A stretch of DNA of 64,000 nt from Diplonema japonicum (GCA_964019335.1 OZ025661.1:682001-746000); one strand, 5' to 3'; positions 10,596-20,746 are shown, counted from the first letter of the stretch. Notes: generated by a model not told the origin, from the sequence alone. Made by a program: numbers and translations.

Positions 10596-12371
10596 ATGCC
10601 ATCCACGGTGCGTATTCTTCAGTTGAACGATGTGTACATGTTCGACAATGTGCCCAGCTACGCCACGGGTGTCAAGAAGCTAAGCGAGGGCAGGAAGGAA
10701 GGCTCAACCTTTCAAGTCCTGGCGGGGGATTTTGTCGCCCCGTCGGTTCTGTCCCGCCTAGACAGCGGTCTCGGGATGGTGGACGTTCTGGGCAAGTGTG
10801 GGCTGGACTACACTTGCTTCGGTAACCACGAAAACGACATTCCTTACAAAGAACTGATGAAGCGCATCAAGCAAAGTAGCTTCAAATGGGTCAACAGCAA
10901 CATGGTTTTGAAGAACCTCCCCTCGTCCATCCCGACAGAAAAACTCCCTGAATACGAGATCCGATCCGTGGATGGGAAGAAAATAGCGTTTTTCGGCTTT
11001 CTCGTCCCTGACATGGGATTGTACCCCACAGGGAGGTTTTCAGGTTCCAAAGTATCGCCCATCATCGAAAAAGCAGAGCTGTTGTACGAAAAGCTGAAGG
11101 ATGAAGTCGATCTCATGGTCCCCATCTCGCATCAAAGCATAGAAGACGACCGTGCCTTTGCAAAACACTTTGGTGGGGAGAAGTTCCCATTCATCGCCGG
11201 CGGGCACGACCATGATTATTTCAATGAAGTTGTCAATGGATGCACCATCTTAAAGGTGGCCAAGGACGCGGTTCGAATTGGTGTCTTTGATGTTTCTTGG
11301 GACGAAACCACAGGAAAGCGCTCTGTTGAGGTGAGCACGTTCATGACGGACCAGTACGAAGCGGACCCGAGCATGAAACAAGCCGTTCAGAAACACCTTG
11401 CTGTTCTGGACAAGTTTAAGACCGCTACGCTGTTCACGACCAAGACACCGCTGTCCAGCATCGACGTCAGAAAAAAACCGTCTTCCCTTGCAAAGATCCT
11501 ACTTTCCTCTGTCAGAGAGGCATATTTCGCAGACTGTGTCATGGTCAACGCAGGCTCCATTCGGGGGTCAAGGGATTATCCTGAAAATCACGAGTTCAGC
11601 TACGTGGACCTTTCTGCCGAGTTTGCCTTCCCGAGCACGCCGATGATCTGTGTGACGTTGACCGGAGAGGACATTAAAAATTCGATCTTGTTCTCCAGGA
11701 AATACAGTTACGAAAGCCCTCCCCAAGAGTCCGGCGGGTATCTGCAGACCTGCGATGCATTGCGTGTGAAAGAAGACTACACCGTGGAACTGAACGGAGA
11801 ACCGATCAACGAGGCAAAGGAATACCATGTGGGCGTGCTTTACGCAACCGTGGCCAAGAGAATGGACGACATCGATCCCTTGATCGAAGCTGTTGAAAGA
11901 AGAGGTGTGAAGTTGCTGGAAAGCGCCACAAGGGAAATTATTGATGTTGTTGTTTCAAGGTACTCAAGGACTGCTTGGTGTCATATTATGAAGAAGATGA
12001 ACCTGTCGTTCTCCCAGATCGATTCCAACTCGGATGGTTTTGTCACCTTTGCAGAGCTGCAACAGGCTGCGGGTGACCAAAAGGAGTACAACGACGCAGT
12101 TCTCAGGAACGTTTGGAACGTCTTGGACGCGGACGACAATGGGAGGGTCACCCCCGCCGAGCTTCTCGCCTTCTTCATTCCCATCTCTACTGATGAGAAG
12201 TCGGTCCTCAGCAAGGAAAAAACCTTGAGCATCATCGCCGACAGGCTCGGACCCGGACGCGAGTCGGTTTACGACGATCTGAAAATGTTCTACACAAAAC
12301 AGGGTGACATCGACTTGAGAAAGATGCTCAAAGAATATATGCCCTTGCCCGATGGACAGATGGAGTATTGA
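10596..12371 (+). CDS. 5'-nucleotidase (metallophosphoesterase + 5'-NT C-terminal domain) with C-terminal EF-hand pair
   Basis: Motifs LNDVY, AGDF, GNHE, GGHDH and NAGSIRG. EF-hand loops DSNSDGFVTFAEL and DADDNGRVTPAEL. Confidence 0.9.
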   Translation: MPSTVRILQLNDVYMFDNVPSYATGVKKLSEGRKEGSTFQVLAGDFVAPSVLSRLDSGLGMVDVLGKCGLDYTCFGNHENDIPYKELMKRIKQSSFKWVNSNMVLKNLPSSIPTEKLPEYEIRSVDGKKIAFFGFLVPDMGLYPTGRFSGSKVSPIIEKAELLYEKLKDEVDLMVPISHQSIEDDRAFAKHFGGEKFPFIAGGHDHDYFNEVVNGCTILKVAKDAVRIGVFDVSWDETTGKRSVEVSTFMTDQYEADPSMKQAVQKHLAVLDKFKTATLFTTKTPLSSIDVRKKPSSLAKILLSSVREAYFADCVMVNAGSIRGSRDYPENHEFSYVDLSAEFAFPSTPMICVTLTGEDIKNSILFSRKYSYESPPQESGGYLQTCDALRVKEDYTVELNGEPINEAKEYHVGVLYATVAKRMDDIDPLIEAVERRGVKLLESATREIIDVVVSRYSRTAWCHIMKKMNLSFSQIDSNSDGFVTFAELQQAAGDQKEYNDAVLRNVWNVLDADDNGRVTPAELLAFFIPISTDEKSVLSKEKTLSIIADRLGPGRESVYDDLKMFYTKQGDIDLRKMLKEYMPLPDGQMEY

Positions 12372-12658
12372 TTTTTTTTTTTTTTTTCTTTTTTTCTTAC
12401 ACACAACTCCCTCTCTCTTTTTTTTTCATTTTTTTTTTTCTTCACCCGATCGATTTTTTTTCTTCTTTTGAGGCGATCTTGCAGGTTCCCCTCAACAATT
12501 TTTTTTTCTCTTCTTTTTGTTTTTGCTCTTAAGGAAGGCATCAAAAGATCCTTCCGACTAATTTGCTCCAACGTTTCTTCTTCTTTTATTTCACCTTCCT
12601 TGCTTCTTGGTTCAAAAAAGATTCTGGAAGCAGGAAGTTTTTTCCCCACAACAAAAAG

Positions 12659-12731
12659 TACACATGGTCGGGATTGAACCGACGATCTCTCGCGTGTGGG
12701 GCGAGCGTCCTAACCACTAGACGACACGTGC
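12659..12731 (-). tRNA. tRNA-Val(CAC), atypical C at position 33
   Basis: Reverse complement GCACGTG TC GTCT AGTGGTTA GGAC G CTCGC CCCACAC GCGAG AGATC GTCGG TTCAATC CCGAC CATGTGT A folds as a 73-nt cloverleaf with discriminator A. A T5 Pol III terminator follows. Confidence 0.85.
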
Positions 12732-12745
12732 TGTTGCCTGTGGTT

Positions 12746-15700
12746 TAATAATAATAATAATAATAATAATAATATAATAATAATATAATAATAATAATAT
12801 AATAATAATAATATCTGTTCCACTGCCGGGTCGGGAGCATCAGAGAAGGTTTGAAAAGGATAAAAGGAAAATGGGGAAAGGAAGAAAAAATCAACAAAGC
12901 TGAGTTGAAAAGCAGAGCTCGAGAAATCAAAAATCAAAGTGAAGGTATCATGAGCCTTTCGCCCAAGAAGAGAACAAACAGCACCATAGGTAGGGGGGGT
13001 TTAGCACTCCCTCCTTCTGGTCTTTTTTTTTTTCTTTAAAAAAAAAGCTTCTGTGTGGCCAATTACCAACAGAGAGGAGCGGTGAGTACTGGGACACTGT
13101 CCTTCAAGATCCTTTTATCATTTCTTTTTTCTCTCCCTCTTCATTCCCTCCCACCCTTATTAACATTACCCCTTTCCTTATTGTTTCACCCCTTTTTATT
13201 GAACGCCGAAGGCCCGCCCAGTCTGGTTCTCGCCCCCTAATAAATTCCTTTGACTGGGCGTCCTTGGCCAACTCCGCACATTCCCCGCCAACAGCGCATC
13301 CACCTCAAAAGGTAGGATCGTCTTAGGGATTTCGGGGCGACCATTGCTTAAACCAGCACGAGACCGTCCCCTTGCTGGATTTGTTGGGTCGGTGGGGCGC
13401 TAGATAATTAAAACATAAAATGAAAAGAAAAGGGGAAGAGAGAGGAATAGCAACAGAAAAGACCTGGCAGCAGAACAGGAGACATCGGGTGAGGTTTTGG
13501 GGGAAACTAAAAAGGGGGGGAAAGATGACTCTACTTTTCTAAGTTGCCCATGTCGAGGTCGTCGTCGTCGTCGGCGCTGGCGTCAGGCAACCAGCGCGAT
13601 GGAGCGGCAGGGCCAACTCGTGAGAGGAAGGAAGGGGTTGGGAGAGGGATAGTTGATGTAGAGGGCCGGTCGGGACCCGGATCAGCACGAAAAACGCCCC
13701 CCCCGGCTCCGCTCCACTCGAGAGATGCCTTCGCTCAGAACGAATCTGTTGGTCTTACACCCCCGCTACCGGTGCCCCGATAGCGGCTTGTGCCAAACAG
13801 ACCGTCTTCGCTCCAGCCACCCCCCTCGTTTTGCTCGGCCAGGGGTCCAGCGTCACCACACGACTCACCCCACACAACAAGAGGGAAGCTGCCTCTTGGC
13901 CGTGCACCTTGCGTGCACGTTGCCCAGGGCCACCACTGGGAGGTGAGCAGCCACCACACACACTCGGGTCGGGCTTACATTTTCATGTGTGTGTGTGTAT
14001 TCGACCCCTAAAAACCTGTGGTTTTTTTTTTTTTTTCAAAATACCAATAGGTGCCACCATGGGGGAGCAACACCTGGGAAGGGGAAAGGTGAAGGGAAGC
14101 ATGGAAATATTACAGGGAGGGCGAAGACCAGTTCTTCTGCAATCAGATGGAGCTGTGGACTCCGCCAACCCGTGCACCTGTTTGGAACAGCCGAAGAGGG
14201 CTGAATTACTTTAATTCCAAGCCGCGTAGACCTACGTGACTCGGACGGGGACCTTGACCCCAGTTCGTCGTTTTTCTCAACTGGGACCTCTGGTGACCGG
14301 AACTGGCCCCGGTCGCCCCCTCGAGAGGGATTTGCTCCATTGAGCGAAACATGAAAGGGTGAGAGTAAAATCTCTCAAAATCAAAAGGGGAAGCGAGTGT
14401 GCGTGTGCGCATGGGGATGATAGGGGAAGCATTTGCTCTCCCCGCTGCACTCCGGCTGGCGGGGGGAGGGGATGGCCGTACCACACTCGTTCGTGCGAAG
14501 ATGAGAGGACTCATCTGGGCAACTTCAGAGTAGGCCGGGCCATCCGTTTTTGACTACAATGTCAGGGCACACGATAACAAGAGGATGTTAATTTTAAAAA
14601 TTTAAAAGTTTAAAGGGGGACGGGCATACTGGTAAGAGAAAGGCCAGACGCCGGATGATGATAAAGAAAAGGATGAGAGGGAGTGGAAGAGAGGGGAAGG
14701 GAACGTAAGCACTAAAAGAATTGAAATGTTGATCTCACCCTACTCACTTCAGCGCAACACGGGGGCCGCAGGGCCGGCGTCAAGGGAGACAGCCGGCGGG
14801 ATGAGCGAAGGGGCAGCGGTACCTGCCGTTGCCGCAGACGGCGACGTGAAGACCCCGGATCTGGCCCAATCAAGCAAGCCAGAGTCGGCGATGAGGGTGA
14901 ATACCTGCGTCACGCGTTTTGACAGGCACTCCACCAGCGAGGGGCGTCCATTGGGAGCGTCGAGCGAACCCCGTCCAACCACAGCGCACCCCCCAACAAC
15001 GTGCTCCCTGGACATCTTTGCTCCACACGCTGGGCAGCTGAGCTCAGCCTTCTTCCTGTTCGGTCCAGCCGCCTGCAGGAAGCCGAAGAAGAGAGCGGAG
15101 TGCCCTACCCTCAGCCGCGAGATGACCGTCTCCGCTAGCCTGGGGAGGGACTGGGGGAAGCACGCCGCTCGGAGCCCCGTGGCCCTCGCGTACCTCGGGG
15201 CCACCTCCCCGACAATGACCGCAGACCTCTGCTGAATCTGGCGACGGACCAGGGCCCTGACCGACCTGTAGTCGAGAGAGGGGCGAGTCAGCTCGCGCTT
15301 CGTGCCCTCCCCGGCCAGCCTGTCTGCCGCCTCGTTGCCAGGAACCCCGCAGTGGGACGGCACAAACTGGAGAATGACTGGTGCACCTTGTGCACGTGCC
15401 GCGGCCACCAGCAGTTCCCAGGTCTCGTGGTCGAGCCTCTCCCTCTGCCGCGAAGGACCTGCCCTCAGCTGATCAAGGAGAGAGAGCGAGTCGGTACAGA
15501 TCGACAGCCGGCTGTCTGCCAACGTGGGGTGCTCGCTCCGGAGCGCGGCCACCATGTCCAGAGCCACCTTGACAGCCAGACCCTCCGCCCGAAAGGAAGA
15601 GCAGAAATTGCTGACGCCGAAGCTCTCGGACACGGGTTCGTGGGGGCGGGGGAGCTGCAAGTAGACCCCGGCGCCGCCCCTCCACCTCTGGCGGTCCCGT

Positions 15701-16088
15701 ACGACAGAACCATCCGTATAGGCATGGATACCCGGTGGAAGGGCAGCCAGAGCCTCCACGGCCGCTTATCCACGTCCGGCGACGAACGCGTGACCCTGCC
15801 GGGAAGGGCAGTTCTGAACTCCACCAGGATCGCGTGCCACGGTGCTACCTTGGGCGAGACAGTCAGTAGCTCGAAGGTGTCGTACTTCCTGAAGCCTTCC
15901 TGCGTCGTCCATCCCTGCAGTCCGCAGCGTCGTAGCGCAAGGATACCCGCACGCAGCCACCCATTGCCCATACCGGTCATCCGTGGACTCAAGGACCTCG
16001 CGGTGAACCGGGGAGGTCCTCCAGCAGAACGACTTCGCCGTCAACACCGCCGCAGCTCCCTCAGCCATCTGTCGGAGGGGTAGCAGAC
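12746..16088 (-). mobile_element. 5'-truncated non-LTR retrotransposon (Ingi/I-like, RNase H-encoding) with (TTA)n tail and 15-bp TSD
   Basis: TSD CTGTTGCCTGTGGTT at 12731-12745 and 16089-16103. (TAA)n tract at 12746-12813 on + is the 3' tail. RNase H and Zn-knuckle ORF on the minus strand. Confidence 0.85.
14749..16088 (-). pseudogene. Retrotransposon ORF remnant: RT C-terminal connection, RNase H and CCHC-type Zn knuckle (frameshifted)
   Basis: YTDGSV..GAG..CSSFRAE..CTDSLSLL..LQFVPSHCGVPGNEAADRLA (RNase H D-E-D-D), ISRLRVGHS and CPACGAKMSREHVVGGC. The upstream part runs through two frameshifts. Confidence 0.88.
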
Positions 16089-16403
16089 CTGTTGCCTGTG
16101 GTTGGCGTCTTAAACATACATTGTAGTATTAAAACACTCTTGCCCGAATAATCCCTAAGGAGATCTCCTTTATTTTTTCTTTTCCATTTCTCCCCCTTCT
16201 GGCGTGACCATATCACGAACCACTGGCTTGGCAATCGATTGTAGTCATGCTCCTGTCGTCCATAGGTTTTCGTCTGAATGCCCGTTGGATAACCCTTTTG
16301 TGACTGCTCGATAATGGCTGTCGGAAGCATGGTCCTCGTGTCATAATTTCTCTTGCAGAACCGCCTCGTTTTTTTTTTGTGCAAGTTTAAAAAAAAAAAA
16401 CAA

Positions 16404-16480
16404 CCAAATTCCAGCTAAAGCCCCGCAAACTAATGTGGTTTCACTTCTGTCTGCTGGCTTGCTTTGGAACTTCGGGTTTT
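16404..16480. repeat. Dispersed ~90-bp repeat, copy 1 of 3 (others 52750-52838 and 55959-56048)
   Basis: Shared core CCAAATTCCA..GCCCCGCAAACTAATGTGGTTTCACTT..CTGTCTGCTGGCTTGCTTTGGAAC, flanked by an A-run on the left and a T-run on the right. Confidence 0.85.
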
Positions 16481-16570
16481 TTTGTTTTTGTTTTTTTTTT
16501 TTCGTTTCTTTTATTTTTCTCTTCTTTTTTCGCAATTGCTTCCCAACACCATAGGTAAATCCTCCACAAC

Positions 16571-18217
16571 ATGCGTACGGTTTTTTTTCTCAGCTTGACT
16601 GCAGCGGCTTCGGCGTGGGTCGAAAAGGGTGTGAGTGCGGGTGATGAAGAAGTGGCTTTCACGGCCAGCCTGCGTCAAAACAATACTGAGTGGCTGGAAC
16701 AGGAATGGAAGGAAATCGTTGCCGATGTGAAGGGACCAAGGTGGAGGGCCTTCCGCACCATCGACGAGATCAATGAAAAAGTAGGTGCCTCGCAAGATGA
16801 TATTTCCGAGGCAAGGGCATGGGCTCACGCACACGGTATCACCATCAACACCGCTTACCCGGACTCTCTCCAGATGTCTGGGTCGGTATCTGCTGTGAAG
16901 TCTGCGATGGGTTCCGTCCTCACGCTCTATACTTTTACCAATGGAAAGGTGGACGTTGTCACTTCAAAGAACACGGTGAAGGGGCTTACCCTCCCGCCGT
17001 CAATCACCAGCATCCATGGGTTGTACAAGCCCACCATAGTGCGTTCCAAGCGTGCCGTTCAAAGAAGTGACGTCGCCTCGATCTCCCCCCAAACCATCCG
17101 CCAGCAATACAACATCTCAATCCCGACAGCTAGCATCATGGGGAACATCAGCGTGGGGCAGATGAGCTTCTGCCCCGTGAGTGTCGACGACTGCAACCAG
17201 TACTGCCAAGAAGGGAATTTAAACTGCAAGCTGGACGCATCTTCGATCAAAGGACCTCATTCGGAGCTGAACCCCTGCGGTGAGGCAGACATGGACGTTC
17301 AGATGGGGTACGCCGCCGGCCCCCGTGTCCCACTCACCGTCGATGGCGGGTACCCCAACATGCTTGACTGGGCAACAAGCTGGTTCAACAACCCCAAGGG
17401 CGCCTTGGCTTCATCTCTCAGTTATGGCGACAACGAGGGAGCTGGGGATAATGCGCTAAACAACGAGCTCATGAAGCTTGGCGTGGCAGGGAAAGCCGTC
17501 TTTATCGCTTCAGGTGACGCAGGTGCCCCAGGCCAAGCCTGCGTGGGCAAGTTCAAACCCGACTGGCCTGCCACGTCTCCATACGTAACTGCTGTCGGGG
17601 CCACCGAGTCCACACCCGGCTCGGCACCGCACCTCAAGAACCCTTCCAAGCTTTGTACCGACCGTGTGGGCCCTTGCGTAGGTAAAGGCGCTGAGGAGGC
17701 AGTGTCCGTTAAAGTTTCTCAGTTCACTTCCGGCGGTGGGTTCTCTCAATTGTACGAGGCTCCAACATGGCAGGCAGACGTGGTGAACGCGTACCTATCG
17801 AGTGGTGTGAAGCTCCCTCCTTCGGATCTGTGGAACAAGAAGGGTAGGGGTTACCCCGATGTCGCTGCCTTCGGGGGTCAGAACCTGGTGGTGACAAAAA
17901 GGATCGTCGCGCAGAGTGGCGGCACTTCCGCCTCGTCTCCCATCTGGGTTGGGGTGTGGGGGATCCTGAATTCTGCAGCTTTGAAGAAGACAGGGAAGCC
18001 ACTCGGCCCTGCTGCGCCTTACCTGTACCACATGCACGCACAGGCGCCTCATTGCTTTACCGACATAACAGTGGGCGACAACATTTGCCCCGACTCTGTG
18101 ACGAACTGTGCTTTGTGCCATGGTTTCAGAGCCACCAAGGGCTGGGATCCTGTGTCTGGGCTTGGCTCGCCTAATGTCGATTGCATGCTGGCTTTCGTGG
18201 AGAAAGACCTCCAGTGA
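16571..18217 (+). CDS. Secreted/lysosomal sedolisin (S53), tripeptidyl-peptidase I-like
   Basis: Signal peptide and prodomain. Catalytic motifs GEADMD, ASGDAG and GGTSASSP, plus GRGYPDVAA and GWDPVSGLGSPN. Confidence 0.93.
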   Translation: MRTVFFLSLTAAASAWVEKGVSAGDEEVAFTASLRQNNTEWLEQEWKEIVADVKGPRWRAFRTIDEINEKVGASQDDISEARAWAHAHGITINTAYPDSLQMSGSVSAVKSAMGSVLTLYTFTNGKVDVVTSKNTVKGLTLPPSITSIHGLYKPTIVRSKRAVQRSDVASISPQTIRQQYNISIPTASIMGNISVGQMSFCPVSVDDCNQYCQEGNLNCKLDASSIKGPHSELNPCGEADMDVQMGYAAGPRVPLTVDGGYPNMLDWATSWFNNPKGALASSLSYGDNEGAGDNALNNELMKLGVAGKAVFIASGDAGAPGQACVGKFKPDWPATSPYVTAVGATESTPGSAPHLKNPSKLCTDRVGPCVGKGAEEAVSVKVSQFTSGGGFSQLYEAPTWQADVVNAYLSSGVKLPPSDLWNKKGRGYPDVAAFGGQNLVVTKRIVAQSGGTSASSPIWVGVWGILNSAALKKTGKPLGPAAPYLYHMHAQAPHCFTDITVGDNICPDSVTNCALCHGFRATKGWDPVSGLGSPNVDCMLAFVEKDLQ

Positions 18218-18664
18218 ACGAAGGGAAAGATGGAGGAGAACGAACGAATTGTGGAACCAGAGTGACATGACCACGTTGTATGTAACTAAATGTGCTTCTT
18301 TTTTTTTTTTTCCTTCTTTTCTTTTTTTGTTGTTTAAAGAAAAACTACAAACACGGTGAGCGAATTCAGATTTTCCATCAGCACTATTTTTAACGGTAAC
18401 TTGGAATTTCTACCATACCAAACTGGGTTTCAAAATATTTTGTCCACCGGTAACCACCAAAGGTTTTCCATCCACGAAAATGAAATTCAACTCAAACGGT
18501 GGAATATTACAATTTGCTTGCCATTGTTTGTAGTTTTGACCTCGCTTTGTTAATCTTTCATCACACTTGCAACAACAATGCACCGAAATTGCCTGTTGCA
18601 ACAGTGGTCAGCATACTGAACGAGTTTATGTGTCGATACCTAAACTTCGGAAATATTTCCGAAG

Positions 18665-18747
18665 CCTCTCGTAGCTCAATTGGTAGAGCGCGCGACTGTA
18701 GAACAATAGCCATCGCGCGGCCGCTGGTTCGATTCCGGCCGAGAGGA
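18665..18747 (+). tRNA. tRNA-Tyr(GTA) with a 10-nt intron (18702-18711)
   Basis: CCTCTCG TA GCTC AATTGGTA GAGC G CGCGA CT GTA G [AACAATAGCC] A TCGCG CGGCC GCTGG TTCGATT CCGGC CGAGAGG A, followed by T5. Intron is at the canonical 37/38 position. Confidence 0.95.
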
Positions 18748-18925
18748 TTTTTCTCACTCTTACTTTTCAGTATTTTTTTTCCCCTTCCATCAACCATCAT
18801 CATCACCACAGGGTTGCTTCCAGTCTTCTTTTTTCTTCGTTTTCTTTTCTATCACTTTTCTTTTCCCCCCCTTCTCACTCCCCCTTTTTTCTTACATCAA
18901 ACCCTTTCTTTTTTTTTTGATATAA

Positions 18926-19636
18926 ATGATGAGCGCGACCAAGAAAGCTTGCATTGTGCCTGTTACGGGGAACAGTGGTATGCAGCCGCCTTGTGAGCCT
19001 GCCAGGATGAGGCAGAGGTTGAAGCAAATCGCCATTGGGAAGAGCACGCAGGGGTACATGAACTACAGGAAGTGTGTTGCGTTGGAGGGGAGGGATGAGG
19101 CAATTCACTTGAACACCCCTAAGACGAGCCCGGAGAGCAATTTGAGGTTGAGCAAGAGGGAGTTTGAGGGGGAACTGAGGACGTGGAGGAAGTTCCTGCA
19201 CAAGTACGACGACGTGGACACCGAGGCTGCGATCCCTGCTGGGCTCAGGATCGGTGGCAGCGATGCGAGGTCTGAGACAAACACCACCAACACTGAATGC
19301 GATTCAAATGCTTCTGAATCCATGGAGAATGAATGGCAGACAGGCCGGATGGAAGTTCCCGAACCCCCTTGTTATGATGAAGAGTACCAAGCTTACCTTG
19401 ACTACCACTACTCAGCTTCGTACCCCTACTACCCCAGTGAGTATGGGTATGAGTACGAGCCCTATTACCAGTACGCGTCTGAGGAGTACTATCCTTCTGA
19501 GGGATTTCCCTCCGACCCTATGGAGCCTGAGATGCCGCCTCTCGCCCCTGCGCCCCTTTACCCTTGTTCGCTTGTTGAGGGCACCCCTGCCAGCAACTTG
19601 GAAGCGATTTCGGCTCAGTTGATTGCTTTGAACTAA
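18926..19636 (+). CDS. SLBP: Histone RNA stem-loop binding protein (SLBP RNA-binding domain) with acidic Tyr-rich C-terminus
   Basis: RQRLKQIAIGKSTQGYMNY...HLNTPK...SKREFEGELRTWRKFLHKYD matches the SLBP RBD pattern RRQKQI.YGKNT..Y..Y...TP....SRRSWD..IK.W...LH.WD. Confidence 0.85.
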   Translation: MMSATKKACIVPVTGNSGMQPPCEPARMRQRLKQIAIGKSTQGYMNYRKCVALEGRDEAIHLNTPKTSPESNLRLSKREFEGELRTWRKFLHKYDDVDTEAAIPAGLRIGGSDARSETNTTNTECDSNASESMENEWQTGRMEVPEPPCYDEEYQAYLDYHYSASYPYYPSEYGYEYEPYYQYASEEYYPSEGFPSDPMEPEMPPLAPAPLYPCSLVEGTPASNLEAISAQLIALN

Positions 19637-19646
19637 GGTGGAAAAA

Positions 19647-19677
<31 letters not shown>

Positions 19678-19998
19678 GAAGAAGAAGTACCAGACGGTTA
19701 ACAATCTGATTTTTTTTTTCTTCTTCTTTTTTTCTTTTTTTTTTTTGCCTTCCAACTCATGTATATTTTATTTCAAAAAAAAAAAAATAAAAAAAAATAA
19801 AAAAAAAAACACTCATTTTTTTTTTTTTTTGAAAACTCACTCATTTTCTTTTTTCGAAAACCTTCTGTTTTTTTTCTTCTTCTTTTTTTTAGTAGGGTTT
19901 CGTTTCTTGTGTAATAAAAAAAAAGGAAGTTATTTTGTGTGTGCATATATGGTGGGAAAGGGTACTAAAAAAATGCGAAAAAAAAAGAGAGGAAAAAG

Positions 19999-20031
<33 letters not shown>

Positions 20032-20703
20032 CTTTCCCTCTCATATTTTTATTTTCTCTTTCTTTCTAAATATTAGTTAGGGTGGGCATTTTTTTTTTTT
20101 TTATCTTTGGGGGCAAGTAATATAAAAAAGCACTTTCTTTCACTTTTTTCCCCCTTCAAATCTAGCCTTGAATAAAAAAGGGAAAGAGAGAGAGAAAAAA
20201 AAAAAAAAAAACAAACAAAACTAATAGTGGCTGCTAAAGAAGCCTTAAAAATGCTCACTTTGGAAAGAAACTATCTAAGAAAGAAAAAAAAGAAGAAAAA
20301 AAGTGTAATTTGGGAAACTCCTTTGTTCCTTGGTTTTCTATTAAAGCCACTACTGGAGATTAGAATGAACGAAGTACCCACAAGCACGAAAAAAAAAAGA
20401 AAAAAAAAACCAGAAAGAAAGAGAGAATAAAAATAAATAGGAAAACACTCATACTCACTTTCCCTTTCCCTTTTGTCCCCAAGTGCACTCATAAACAAAA
20501 AAAAAAAAAAAAAATGGAAAAAAAAAAAAAAAGAAAAAAAAAAAAAAAAAAAAAAAAACATAAAAACGTAAAAAAAATTAAAAAACCAACCTGTTTCAAA
20601 TAAAAAAAAACCCAGCAAACAAAAAAAAAAAAAAAAAAATCGTTCTTTCCCTTTTAGGATTGCGGGCTCTCTCTACCGATTGAGACCATGCATTTTGACC
20701 AAT

Positions 20704-20746
<43 letters not shown>

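Noticed and set aside
13810-13890. Resemblance to the Pr77 HDV-like ribozyme of ingi/L1Tc (GCCAGGGGTCCAG...GGAAGCT)
   Set aside because: It is on the opposite strand to the element, and P1/P3 pairing could not be built.
14480-14530. Hammerhead-like CAGATGAGTCC...CGAAC on the minus strand
   Set aside because: Core CUGANGA and GAAA are not intact.
18355-18660. Possible snRNA divergent from tRNA-Tyr, as in kinetoplastids
   Set aside because: No U2, U6, 7SL or Sm-site motif recognisable by eye; a cmscan run is needed.
18665-19636. Tyr-rich SLBP tail adjacent to tRNA-Tyr
   Set aside because: No mechanism or supporting signal; likely coincidence.
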